Positions 1 through 9,079 of a stretch of 64,000 nucleotides of DNA are shown here, piece after piece (positions within the stretch are counted from its first letter, which is position 1; the number at the start of each line of letters is the position of its first letter). This DNA is from Gemmatimonadales bacterium (GTDB lineage Bacteria; Gemmatimonadota; Gemmatimonadetes; Gemmatimonadales; GWC2-71-9): the NCBI GenBank assembly GCA_041615815.1, contig JBFJCP010000005.1, positions 1 through 64,000 on the forward strand, in the 5' to 3' direction. The translations under genes were made by a program, and so were the position numbers. The notes beneath the pieces are model-generated. The model was not told where the DNA came from, searched no databases, and saw nothing but the letters and a program-made list of their open reading frames with translations.

Positions 1-2204
1 CGATCACGGCGACGGCAGACGCGACGGTGATCACGCAGACGGCGGCGGTGACGGTGAATGTGGGGGCGGTGAGTGCGGGCAATTCGACGGTGAGCGCCAA
101 CCCCACGACGATCACGACGGATGCGGGGCAGTCGAGCACGATCACGGTGACGGCCCTCGACGCGAACAGCAATCCCATTCAGGGGGCCACCGTCACGCTG
201 TCGGCCACCGGGACGGGCAACACGATCACGCAGCCGGCCTCGACCACCAACGCGAGCGGGGTGGCGACCGGGACCATTAGCTCGACGGATCCAGGTGACA
301 AAACGGTCTCGGCGGACATCGACGGCACCGGCGTGACGCAAACGGCGGTTGTCACGGTAAACGCTGGCGCCGCCGCCCAGCTCTCCATCACCACCCAACC
401 GTCAACGTCGGCCGCGAACGGGGCGGCCTTTGCCCAGCAACCGGTGATTCAGCTGGAGGACAGCAACGGGAACCCCGTGAGCCAGAGCGGCGTGGACGTC
501 GAAGTGCAGATCAACAGTGGTGGCGGAACCCTGGGTGGAACGACGCCCGTTCAGACCAATGCCAGCGGGGTGGCGACCTTCAGTGGCTTGTCGATCACCG
601 GGACCGTGGGCGATCGGGATCTTCTTTTTTTTTCGACAGGCCTGACGTCCGTTACGTCGAACATGATCTCCATCACCCCGGGCACGGCCGATCCGGCCAC
701 CTCACAGATCACCGCCAATCCCACATCGATCCAAGCAGACGGCTCCTCGACCTCCGCCATCACGGTGCAGCTGCGGGATCAGAGCAGCAACAACCTGACG
801 AGCGGTGGGGATAACGTGACCTTGCAGACGGATGCCGGGTCGCTGTCCACCCCCGTCACCGACGTTGGCGACGGCACGTACACGGCGACGCTCACGAGCT
901 CGACCAACGTCGAGACGGCCACGATTACGGGGACCGTCAATAGTTCGGCGATCACGGACAATGCCACCGTGAACTTCACGGCCGGCGCCGCATCGCAGTT
1001 GGTCTTCACCGTAGGACCGGCGAGCACGGACGCGGGCGTGAACTTCACACCCGCGTTGACGGTCACGGCACAAGACGGCTCCGGCAACACGGATCCCAAC
1101 TTTACGGACGACGTCACGGTAGCCATCGGGACCAATCCATCGAGCGGCGTGCTCGACGGAACGGTGACCGTTGCTGCCATCGCGGGCGTTGCCACGTTCT
1201 CGAATCTCAATATCGATGAGGCCGGGAACGGCTACACGCTCACGGCTTCGAGCGGCGCGATGAACACCACAAGCAGCGCGTTTAACATCACCGCCGGTAA
1301 CGCCACGGTCCTCGTGTTTACGGGGAACCCCGGCAATGCCGTCGCGGGAGCGACGCTCACCCCAGTGGAAGTCACGGCCAGGGATAGCGTGGGCAATACG
1401 GACCCCTCGTTCGGCGACAACGTGGTTGCGAACATCGGCACGAATCCGGGTAGCGCTGGGCTCAACGGCACGACTTCCGTCGCGGCCGTCTCTGGGGTGG
1501 CCACCTTCAACACGCTCAACATCACGGTCGCCGCCACCGGATATGACCTCACGGCCTCATCAGGGGTCTTGACCGGAGCCACGTCCGGGTCGTTCGACAT
1601 CACCCCCGATGTGGTGAGCGCCAGCGTCTCGACCGTCACCGCGAATCCCTTGACGATCACGACCGACAGTGAGAACAGCACGCTCACCGTGACCGTGCTC
1701 GATCAATTCAGCAATCCCATCCAAGGCGTGCTCGTCACGCCCTCGGCCACCGGGACCGGGAACACCCTGAGCGCCGCCGGCAACACCAATGCGAGCGGCG
1801 TCTACAGCGGAACGCTGAGCTCCACCGACGTGGGAGACAAGACGGTCTCGGCGGATGCCGGGGGAACGGCGCTCAATCAGATGCCCGTGGTCACGGTGAA
1901 CCCCGGGGCCGCGAGCGGCGCCACCTCGCAGATTACGGCCAGCCCCACCTCGATCGCGGCTGATGGCGTGACGACCTCGACCATCACTGTCCAATTGATG
2001 GACGCCAATGGCAATAACCTCACGACTGGTACGGATACCGTCGTGCTGAGCACGACGGCGGGAACGTTGTCCATCGTGACGGACAATAACGACGGTACCT
2101 ATACGGCCACGCTGACCTCCAGCACCACGGTCGAAACGGCCACGGTGACGGGGACCGTGAACGGAGGTAATATCACGGACAACGCCACGGTGGACTTCAC
2201 CTGA
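1..2204 (+). CDS. Large Ig-like repeat surface protein (Big_1/invasin-type domains), 5' truncated by the window edge
   Basis: Frame is open from base 3. T/S/V/G/A-rich tandem ~100-aa beta-sandwich repeats with Big_1/invasin motifs (STITVTALDANSNPIQGATVT, ADGSSTSAITVQLRD, DNNDGTYTATLTS). Confidence 0.85.
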   Translation, partial: ITATADATVITQTAAVTVNVGAVSAGNSTVSANPTTITTDAGQSSTITVTALDANSNPIQGATVTLSATGTGNTITQPASTTNASGVATGTISSTDPGDKTVSADIDGTGVTQTAVVTVNAGAAAQLSITTQPSTSAANGAAFAQQPVIQLEDSNGNPVSQSGVDVEVQINSGGGTLGGTTPVQTNASGVATFSGLSITGTVGDRDLLFFSTGLTSVTSNMISITPGTADPATSQITANPTSIQADGSSTSAITVQLRDQSSNNLTSGGDNVTLQTDAGSLSTPVTDVGDGTYTATLTSSTNVETATITGTVNSSAITDNATVNFTAGAASQLVFTVGPASTDAGVNFTPALTVTAQDGSGNTDPNFTDDVTVAIGTNPSSGVLDGTVTVAAIAGVATFSNLNIDEAGNGYTLTASSGAMNTTSSAFNITAGNATVLVFTGNPGNAVAGATLTPVEVTARDSVGNTDPSFGDNVVANIGTNPGSAGLNGTTSVAAVSGVATFNTLNITVAATGYDLTASSGVLTGATSGSFDITPDVVSASVSTVTANPLTITTDSENSTLTVTVLDQFSNPIQGVLVTPSATGTGNTLSAAGNTNASGVYSGTLSSTDVGDKTVSADAGGTALNQMPVVTVNPGAASGATSQITASPTSIAADGVTTSTITVQLMDANGNNLTTGTDTVVLSTTAGTLSIVTDNNDGTYTATLTSSTTVETATVTGTVNGGNITDNATVDFT

Positions 2205-3775
2205 TGATTTGCCCGCGCTGTTCTGTCGCCGAAGTCTCTGCGGAGACGAACCAATGCATCCTCTGCGGGTTCACGCCGACCGCGGCGGTCATGGTGGATA
2301 CCGCGGCAGCCGAAGAACTCCAGGAAATCGTACAACGGCCGCTCGCGGGGCGGTTCGAGATTCAGCACCTCATTGGTCGGGGGCGGGCGTCCTTCGTGTA
2401 CGCGGCCCAGGAAGCGGAGACCAACCGCAAAGTGGCGCTCAAGATCATCCCATTGAGTGGACCGCTGGACGCGGATCTGGTGAGGCGTTTCGATCGCGAG
2501 GCCGCACGTGCCACCTCGCTCCGACACTCGCATATCGTGCCGATCTTCGGCAGTGGCGCATCCGGCTCACTCCTATGGTACTCGATGGAACACGTGGAGG
2601 GCCGCTCCCTCGCCGAACTGCTGCGCGATCAAGGGCCCATGGACATGGAGTCCTGCCTCCGGATGCTGGATCAGGTCGCGAGCGCACTGGATTATGCACA
2701 TCGTCGTGGCGTCGTCCACGGCAACCTGAAGCCCACCAACATTCTGGTGGACGAAGACGGGTGGGTCCGGGTGACGGACTTCGCTGTGATGCGGTCGTTC
2801 AATCGGCCGGTGAGCGCCGCCGTGGGCATGCCGCCCATGCGCACCCCCGAATACATGGCACCCGAGCAGTTCTTTGCCCGAGGCGAGAGCGCCAGTGCCG
2901 ATCAGTACGCCATGGCGGTCATCACCTACGAATGTCTCAGCGGGACGCTGCCGTTCGTGGGCGATTCGTTTGAGGAGGTTGCGCGTCTCCATCAGGAGGA
3001 GAGCCCCAGCCGGTTGAGCGATGTGAGAGACGATATCCCGTTGCTCATCGCGGATGCCGTCGAGCAGGCGATGCGAAAACGGCCCACAGACCGGTTTGCC
3101 AACGTGCTGGATTTCGTGACGGTGTTGCGGGGCGGCCCGCCGCAAGGGACGGAGCCACTCGCTCCGGCGGCCGAGCCCAGAGGCGCCCCACAGGTGCTGA
3201 CGATTCAGGCCCCACGCCGACGGTGGCCTGTCTTGTACCTCATGCTCGCCGCGCTGGTAACGGCCGCTGTCGTCGTCGTGCTGATGCTTGCCAAGAGTGC
3301 GGCTGGGCCTGCCACCTTCGACGAGAGTGAGTTCGCGCAGGCCACTCCGCCGGACACTCCACCGGTGACCGTGGCGGAGCCCGCACAACCGATGCCGGCA
3401 ACGGATGCCGGCGCCCCCACCGACCCGTCCTCCCAGCAACAAACGGACACCCGGCCGGAGCCCGTCGCGACCACGCCAGAACCGGCACCGCCCCGGACGA
3501 CGACCCCGCCGCCAACGCCGCGGCCGGCCGCCCGGTCCGCCACGATCACCGATTCGGCACGGCTCTTTGTGAGCGCCCGACCCTGGGGTGCGCTCTATCT
3601 GGACGGTGAGTTCTTGGGGAATACCCCCAAGGCAGCGCTCGGCCTGGCTCCAGGCTTGCATACGATTCGGATCGAGCGGGATGGGTACGAACCTTATGAG
3701 CAGGAGATCGACGTGGGACCCGGCGAAGAAGTGCGCTTGACGGACATCGTCCTCACACCGCGGCTGCCCGAATGA
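2204..3775 (+). CDS. Membrane-anchored Hanks-type Ser/Thr kinase-like protein (probable pseudokinase): N-terminal Zn ribbon, TM helix, Pro-rich linker, C-terminal PEGA domain
   Basis: VALK, RFDREA, YMAPE and SADQY motifs; CPRC...CILC; TM WPVLYLMLAALVTAAVVVVLML; PEGA-like ARPWGALYLDGEFLGNTP. TGATG overlap with the upstream gene. Confidence 0.9.
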   Translation: MICPRCSVAEVSAETNQCILCGFTPTAAVMVDTAAAEELQEIVQRPLAGRFEIQHLIGRGRASFVYAAQEAETNRKVALKIIPLSGPLDADLVRRFDREAARATSLRHSHIVPIFGSGASGSLLWYSMEHVEGRSLAELLRDQGPMDMESCLRMLDQVASALDYAHRRGVVHGNLKPTNILVDEDGWVRVTDFAVMRSFNRPVSAAVGMPPMRTPEYMAPEQFFARGESASADQYAMAVITYECLSGTLPFVGDSFEEVARLHQEESPSRLSDVRDDIPLLIADAVEQAMRKRPTDRFANVLDFVTVLRGGPPQGTEPLAPAAEPRGAPQVLTIQAPRRRWPVLYLMLAALVTAAVVVVLMLAKSAAGPATFDESEFAQATPPDTPPVTVAEPAQPMPATDAGAPTDPSSQQQTDTRPEPVATTPEPAPPRTTTPPPTPRPAARSATITDSARLFVSARPWGALYLDGEFLGNTPKAALGLAPGLHTIRIERDGYEPYEQEIDVGPGEEVRLTDIVLTPRLPE

Positions 3776-4827
3776 AGCCGCGTGCCCCCCTGTTGCTCGT
3801 CCTGGCCGCCTTCCTCGGCGGCGCGGCCAGCGGGGAGGCGCAGGATCCCGGCGCCCTGGTCGAGCAGGCCGTCCGGGCCTACGGCGACCTGGCGCTGGAC
3901 GACGCCGCCTGGTTGCTGCGACGTGCGCTCAACGTGTCCGGGCCCCGCGACCTTTCGGATTCCGTGCGCTCACAGGCCCTCATGTTCCTCGGTGCCACCG
4001 AGGTGTTGCGCAACAACGCCGATTCGGCCGGTGCGGCGTTTCGGCGGCTCATATTCATTGCGCCACGCTACAAGCCGGACCAGCTGATCTTCCCGCCCGA
4101 TGTCACGGCGGTCTTCGAAACGGTGCGCCAGCAGACCAAGACCATCGACGTCGAGGTGCCGGGCGAGGCGGACCTTCGGCTTGGCCAGGACCGGTTCTCG
4201 CTCTGGGCATACGCGAGCTCACCACACGAGATGCGTGCCGAGCTCACGTATGACGATGGCAGACTCGCACGCACGCTGTACACCGGGCCCATCGGTGACA
4301 GCCTGCGACTCCAGTGGGACGGACAGGACGCCAACGGCCGGACCGTGGAGTCGGGACGCTTTCTCCTGAACGTCGTGTCCCGCGATGCGACGGGCCAGAT
4401 GATTCGGCTCACCCGGGTACCGCTGGACGTCGACGTTCGCCTGCGGGATACGATTCCGCATCCCGACGCGCCGGCCGACTCCATACTGCTCCCCGAGTCA
4501 TACCAGCGGGGACCGAGTCTCGAGGCGCTCATTGGCGGGCTCGCCGTTGGCGGTGCCGTCCTGCTGTTGCCTTCGGTCGTGGCTCCCGAGGCGAACATCA
4601 CGGGCGGACGGTTCGCAGTTGCGGGTGGGATCTCGATCGCTGGTATCGTCGGATTCGTGACCCGGCGCCCCGGTAAGCCTATCCCCGAAAACGTTGCGAC
4701 CAATCAACTCCTCCGCGATACCTGGCGGGACAGCGTCGAAGTGGTCACACAGCTCAACGCGCGCCGTCGCCAGGATGTGCGCTTCCGGATCCGGGCGGGC
4801 ACTCCCATTCGGATCGAGGGACTGTGA
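3772..4827 (+). CDS. Exported/membrane protein with TPR-like helices, FlgD-type Ig domain and two C-terminal hydrophobic segments
   Basis: Signal peptide; LQWDGQDANGRTVESGRF matches the FlgD_ig motif; ATGA overlap with the kinase gene. Confidence 0.7.
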   Translation: MKPRAPLLLVLAAFLGGAASGEAQDPGALVEQAVRAYGDLALDDAAWLLRRALNVSGPRDLSDSVRSQALMFLGATEVLRNNADSAGAAFRRLIFIAPRYKPDQLIFPPDVTAVFETVRQQTKTIDVEVPGEADLRLGQDRFSLWAYASSPHEMRAELTYDDGRLARTLYTGPIGDSLRLQWDGQDANGRTVESGRFLLNVVSRDATGQMIRLTRVPLDVDVRLRDTIPHPDAPADSILLPESYQRGPSLEALIGGLAVGGAVLLLPSVVAPEANITGGRFAVAGGISIAGIVGFVTRRPGKPIPENVATNQLLRDTWRDSVEVVTQLNARRRQDVRFRIRAGTPIRIEGL

Positions 4828-5492
4828 CCATGAGCCGGATCCTGCGCGTGCTGCTCGCTGGAGCGCTGCTTCTGCTCACCAGTCCGGTGGTGGCACGGGC
4901 CCAGCTTCCCAGGGGGCGGGTGTCGGGGACGCTCGTGCTGACGCGACTGGATACCGAAGTGGTGCCCCTGGGCGGTCAGGCCACCAACGAGAGCTTCACC
5001 GGCTTGGCCTATGGGTTCGAAGGGGCCCTTCCCCTGTGGAAGCTCGAACTGGGCCTGCGGTACATCAACGGCTCCCTCGATAATGGCGATGGCAACGTCG
5101 ATCTCGACTTCGTCGAGGGCGAAGTCTTCCTCGGCCTGCGCCCGTTGCCGTGGGTGGTGCTGAAGGCAGGACCGCACGCCAGATCCTTCAAGACGGTGGC
5201 GGGCGTGGAACGGTGGCTGTTTTGGGAGATCCGCGCACGGGCGGAGGCCGGGCTCCTCTCCCCCCGACTGGGTACGTATTTCGAATTCTGGGGTGCCTTG
5301 GTCGGGGACGTGAATTTCGGACGGAGCTTCGGGAGCGGGCGCGGCGCGGAGGCTGGATTGACCTATGAGCTGGGCTCGGTGCCGCTCTGGGGACGCCTTG
5401 GGTATCGGGTGGATCGAGGAACGGTGGGTGGCGGGTCGCGCTTCGATTCGGTTCAGGAAGTCTTGATCGGCATCGGGTACGGCTGGCGGTAA
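4824..5492 (+). CDS. Putative outer-membrane beta-barrel protein
   Basis: Signal peptide ending ARA-Q, alternating aromatic/Gly beta strands, C-terminus VLIGIGYGWR; GTGA overlap (alternative ATG at 4830). Confidence 0.65.
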   Translation: MTMSRILRVLLAGALLLLTSPVVARAQLPRGRVSGTLVLTRLDTEVVPLGGQATNESFTGLAYGFEGALPLWKLELGLRYINGSLDNGDGNVDLDFVEGEVFLGLRPLPWVVLKAGPHARSFKTVAGVERWLFWEIRARAEAGLLSPRLGTYFEFWGALVGDVNFGRSFGSGRGAEAGLTYELGSVPLWGRLGYRVDRGTVGGGSRFDSVQEVLIGIGYGWR

Positions 5493-5514
5493 AGGACGCT
5501 CCTGCCACACACGA

Positions 5515-6441
5515 TCATTCCCGCACAACACTGCGCAGCACGAACCAAAGATTGGCCGGACGCTCGGCGAGGCGCCGCATGTACCAAGGGAACCACGCGT
5601 TGCCGTAGCTGATCAGCACCCGCACCCGGTGTCCCTCCGCAACCAGCCGTCGCTGCGCGCTGCGTTGAATACCAAACAGCATCTGAAATTCGTAGCGGTC
5701 ACGTGGGACTCGGTGGGAGTCCGCGTACGCTGTGATCCGTTGGATCAGCCGCGGATCGTGGGTGGCGATGCCATGAGGAGGGCCGCCGCCGCCGTCGGTC
5801 AACAGCCGGGTTGCCAGCGTGAAGAAACTCTCGTCCACATCGTGCTTCTTGGGGAACGCCACCGTTTCGGGCTCCCGATACGCTCCCTTGACCACACGGA
5901 TGATGGGGGAAAGCGATCCCAGTGCCCTCAAGTCCTCTTCCGTGCGGTAGAGATACGACTGAAGGCAGAGGCCGACGTTGGCGTGGTCGGATCGGACTCG
6001 GCGGTACAGTGCCAACGTCGCGCCCACATATGCCGAGCTCTCCATGTCGATCCAGACCACGTTGCCCGCCTCGTGGGCGCACTGCGTGAGGCGACGAAGC
6101 TCCTCTTCGCACGCGTCGAAACTGATATCGAGTCCGAGTTGTGTGGGCTTGATCGAGAGGTGTGTGGGGAGAGATCGTCGATCGATTTCTCGCAGCGCGG
6201 CGACGTAATGGCGCGTCACCGCCTGCGCTTCCTCTAGATCGGTCACGTTCTCTCCCAACCTGGTGAGGATGGTGGCAATACCAGATCGCTGGAGCTCCTG
6301 CGCGGCAGCGAGCGCCGCCTCGACTTCTTCGCCGGGCATGAAGCGCCGCACGGCTCGCCGGGCGAACCGGCGGCCTGTGACCTGTCGCTCGAGCCAGCGG
6401 CTCTGCGATCCTTTGAGTAGTGCCGTACGCAGGATGTTCAT
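5515..6441 (-). CDS. Monofunctional proline dehydrogenase
   Basis: LSIKPTQLG, WIDME, LQSYL, RVVKGAY, IATHD, EFQML and WYMRRLAERPAN motifs; 308 aa. Confidence 0.93.
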   Translation of the reverse strand: MNILRTALLKGSQSRWLERQVTGRRFARRAVRRFMPGEEVEAALAAAQELQRSGIATILTRLGENVTDLEEAQAVTRHYVAALREIDRRSLPTHLSIKPTQLGLDISFDACEEELRRLTQCAHEAGNVVWIDMESSAYVGATLALYRRVRSDHANVGLCLQSYLYRTEEDLRALGSLSPIIRVVKGAYREPETVAFPKKHDVDESFFTLATRLLTDGGGGPPHGIATHDPRLIQRITAYADSHRVPRDRYEFQMLFGIQRSAQRRLVAEGHRVRVLISYGNAWFPWYMRRLAERPANLWFVLRSVVRE

Positions 6442-6460
6442 GATCTGACGGCGAGGCCTA

Positions 6461-6547
6461 CGGAGAGGGTGGGATTCGAACCCACGAGACCCTTGCGAGC
6501 CTACCGGTTTTCGAGACCGGCTCCTTCAACCACTCGGACACCTCTCC
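6461..6547 (-). tRNA. tRNA-Ser(CGA)
   Basis: Reverse complement GGAGAGGTGTCCGAGTGGTTGAAGGAGCCGGTCTCGAAAACCGGTAGGCTCGCAAGGGTCTCGTGGGTTCGAATCCCACCCTCTCCG: acceptor stem, CGA anticodon loop, long variable arm, TTCGAAT T-loop, G discriminator; CCA not encoded. Confidence 0.97.
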
Positions 6548-6591
6548 CGGGCGTGCATAATACCGGGGTCAGGTAGTACTTTCCACCCCGC

Positions 6592-7548
6592 ATGCCAGCC
6601 GACGTCGTGATCGCGGCGGAGCTCAGGGAGCTGATCCCCGAGCACGCCCTTCGCCACCTCTCGGTCCGCTGGTTGCCGGCGGACAGCGAGATCCCCAGCG
6701 GCGATTTTGTCGCGCTCATTCCGCTGCTGTCCCGTCGGATCGGACCGGGCGAGCTGGATGGGCTCCCGCGGCTCAAGATCATTGCCAACTGTGCTGTAGG
6801 GGTGGACAACATCGACCTTCCCGCCGCAGCCAGACACGGCGTGATCGTGACGAACACGCCGGATGTGCTCACGGAGGCAACAGCGGATCTGACGTGGGCC
6901 CTCATCTTGGCCGTGGCGCGCCGACTGAAAGAAGGACAGGCGCTCCTCGCCGGCGGCAAATGGACGGGCTGGCACCCCACCCAACTCCTCGGTCTCGAAC
7001 TCGGTGGGTGTACGCTGGGCATCGTGGGCGCCGGCCGGATTGGCCAGGCGGTGGCACGGCGAGCCGTGGGATTCGACATGTCCATTCTGTACACGGCGCG
7101 CTCCACTAAGAAGGAACTAGAGCGCGCCACCGGTGCGGCGCGCGCCGACCTCCGCCTCGTGTTGGAGCAGAGCGACATCATCACCCTCCATCTGCCGTCG
7201 ACACCGCAAACACGGGGCATCCTGGGCCGCGAGCAGTTGGCTCAGCTCAAGGAGGGGGCGCTGCTGATCAATACGGCTCGCGGCGATCTCGTCCACGAAT
7301 CGGCGCTCGTCGAGGCACTCGAGAGCGGACGCCTCGGTGGTGCGGGACTCGACGTGTTTCCCGAGGAGCCTTCGGTCCCTGCGGCCCTGGTGAACCATCC
7401 ACGGGTGGTGGCGGTGCCCCACATTGGGAGTGCCACCACGGCAACCCGGCGGGCCATGGCTGAGCTCGCCGTTCGGAACGTGCAGGCCGTGTTGGATGGC
7501 GAGGCACCCCTTACGGCGGTCGTTGACGGCATCCCTGGTGGTCTCTAA
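6592..7548 (+). CDS. D-isomer-specific 2-hydroxyacid dehydrogenase (glyoxylate reductase/D-glycerate dehydrogenase type)
   Basis: VGVDNID, VTNTPDVLTEATAD, GAGRIG, INTARG, GLDVFPEEP and PHIGSAT motifs. Confidence 0.92.
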   Translation: MPADVVIAAELRELIPEHALRHLSVRWLPADSEIPSGDFVALIPLLSRRIGPGELDGLPRLKIIANCAVGVDNIDLPAAARHGVIVTNTPDVLTEATADLTWALILAVARRLKEGQALLAGGKWTGWHPTQLLGLELGGCTLGIVGAGRIGQAVARRAVGFDMSILYTARSTKKELERATGAARADLRLVLEQSDIITLHLPSTPQTRGILGREQLAQLKEGALLINTARGDLVHESALVEALESGRLGGAGLDVFPEEPSVPAALVNHPRVVAVPHIGSATTATRRAMAELAVRNVQAVLDGEAPLTAVVDGIPGGL

Positions 7549-7562
7549 CTTGGCGCCCAGTT

Positions 7563-8114
7563 ATGCCGGCTGACGAACGAGTGACCCTCTTCGACGCCCG
7601 CGCCGTTGCGCGGGCGCTTGAGCGTATGTCGGAAGAGATCGTGGCGTTCGCCGAAGGCACGGCGCGCCTGGTGCTCGTGGGGATCCAGCGGCGGGGAGTC
7701 GAGCTCGCGGAGCGTCTGGCGAGCCTGATCCAGCAACGAGGTGCCGCGACCGTGCCCTTGGGTGCCCTCGATATCACCTTGTACCGCGACGATTTGGAGA
7801 CCGTGGGCCCCAGACCGATCGTGGGCGAGACGCGGTTGCCCACCGTCCTGGATGGCAAGTGCGTCATGATCGTCGACGACGTGTTGTACACCGGCCGGAC
7901 TATCCGCGCGGCCATGGACCACCTGGCGGATTTCGGACGTCCGGCGCGGATCGGACTGTGCGTGCTCGTGGATCGAGGAGGGCGGGAGCTTCCGATCCAA
8001 GCTGACATCGTCGGAGAGCGAGTGGACGTGAAAGCCGGAGACCGGGTCGATGTGTGCACGCAAGAACGCGATGGGCGGGACGCGGTCGAGCTCGTGCGCC
8101 GGAAGGCCAAATGA
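7563..8114 (+). CDS. pyrR: Bifunctional pyrimidine regulator PyrR/uracil phosphoribosyltransferase
   Basis: [29 protein letters not shown] and [12 protein letters not shown] motifs. Confidence 0.96.
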   Translation: MPADERVTLFDARAVARALERMSEEIVAFAEGTARLVLVGIQRRGVELAERLASLIQQRGAATVPLGALDITLYRDDLETVGPRPIVGETRLPTVLDGKCVMIVDDVLYTGRTIRAAMDHLADFGRPARIGLCVLVDRGGRELPIQADIVGERVDVKAGDRVDVCTQERDGRDAVELVRRKAK

Positions 8115-9079
8115 CGCCGTCGCTGGGCAAGGACCTGTTGGGACTCGAACCGCTGACGGCGGAGCAGATTCTGCTGATCCTCGATACCGCGGAGCCGTTC
8201 AAGGAGGTGAGCGAACGCGCCATCAAGAAAGTGCCCACCCTGCGAGGCAAGACCATCGTCAATCTCTTCTTCGAACCGTCCACCCGCACGCGGATTTCCT
8301 TCGAATTCGCCGAAAAGCGTCTGTCTGCGGATACGGTGAACGTGGTGGCCAAAGGCTCCTCGGTGGAAAAGGGAGAGAATCTGGTCGACACTGCCCGAAA
8401 CCTCGAGGCCATGCGCATTGACATGGTGGTGGTTCGGCACCCGTCAGCCGGTGCCGCGGCGTTTCTCGCCGATCGCATTCGATCCAATGTCATCAATGCC
8501 GGAGACGGAAAGCACGAGCACCCCACCCAGGCACTCCTCGATTTGCTCACCATCCGGGACAAGCTGGGGCGGATCGACGGGGTGAAGGTCTGCATCTGCG
8601 GGGACATCCTCAACAGCCGCGTGGCGCGAAGCAATATTTGGGGCTTGAGTAAGCTGGGGGCGCAGGTGGCGGTGTGCGGTCCAGGGTCCCTCCTTCCACG
8701 CGGCATCGAAGATCTCGGCGTGTGCGTCTTTCGGCGCGTCGAGGAAGCCATCGAATGGGCCGATGTTCTCAACATTCTCCGGCTCCAGTTGGAGCGCATG
8801 CAGGCGGGCTACATCCCATCGCTGCGTGAGTACTACCGAGTGTTTGGCGTGACGGAGGAGCGGCTTGCCCGGGCGCGCCATCCTCTCCTGATCCTTCATC
8901 CCGGTCCCATGAATCGCGGGGTTGAAATCGATTCACGCGTGGCCGACGGACCGCACAGTGTGATTCTACACCAGGTGACCAACGGTATCGCGATTCGGAT
9001 GGCGGTGCTCTACCTGCTGGCCGGCGGCAGCCCCGAGTTGGCGGAAGCGGCCAAAGGGTCGCGGGAAATGACGCCGTGA
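8111..9079 (+). CDS. pyrB: Aspartate carbamoyltransferase catalytic subunit
   Basis: [28 protein letters not shown] and HPGPMNRG motifs; start re-called to ATG 8111 (ATGA overlap with pyrR). Confidence 0.96.
   Translation: MTPSLGKDLLGLEPLTAEQILLILDTAEPFKEVSERAIKKVPTLRGKTIVNLFFEPSTRTRISFEFAEKRLSADTVNVVAKGSSVEKGENLVDTARNLEAMRIDMVVVRHPSAGAAAFLADRIRSNVINAGDGKHEHPTQALLDLLTIRDKLGRIDGVKVCICGDILNSRVARSNIWGLSKLGAQVAVCGPGSLLPRGIEDLGVCVFRRVEEAIEWADVLNILRLQLERMQAGYIPSLREYYRVFGVTEERLARARHPLLILHPGPMNRGVEIDSRVADGPHSVILHQVTNGIAIRMAVLYLLAGGSPELAEAAKGSREMTP

Noticed and set aside
6440..6480. tRNA-Ser 3' end as an integration site for the 1-6.4 kb block
   Set aside because: No duplicated tRNA 3' fragment or integrase in the window; cannot be excluded beyond the left edge.
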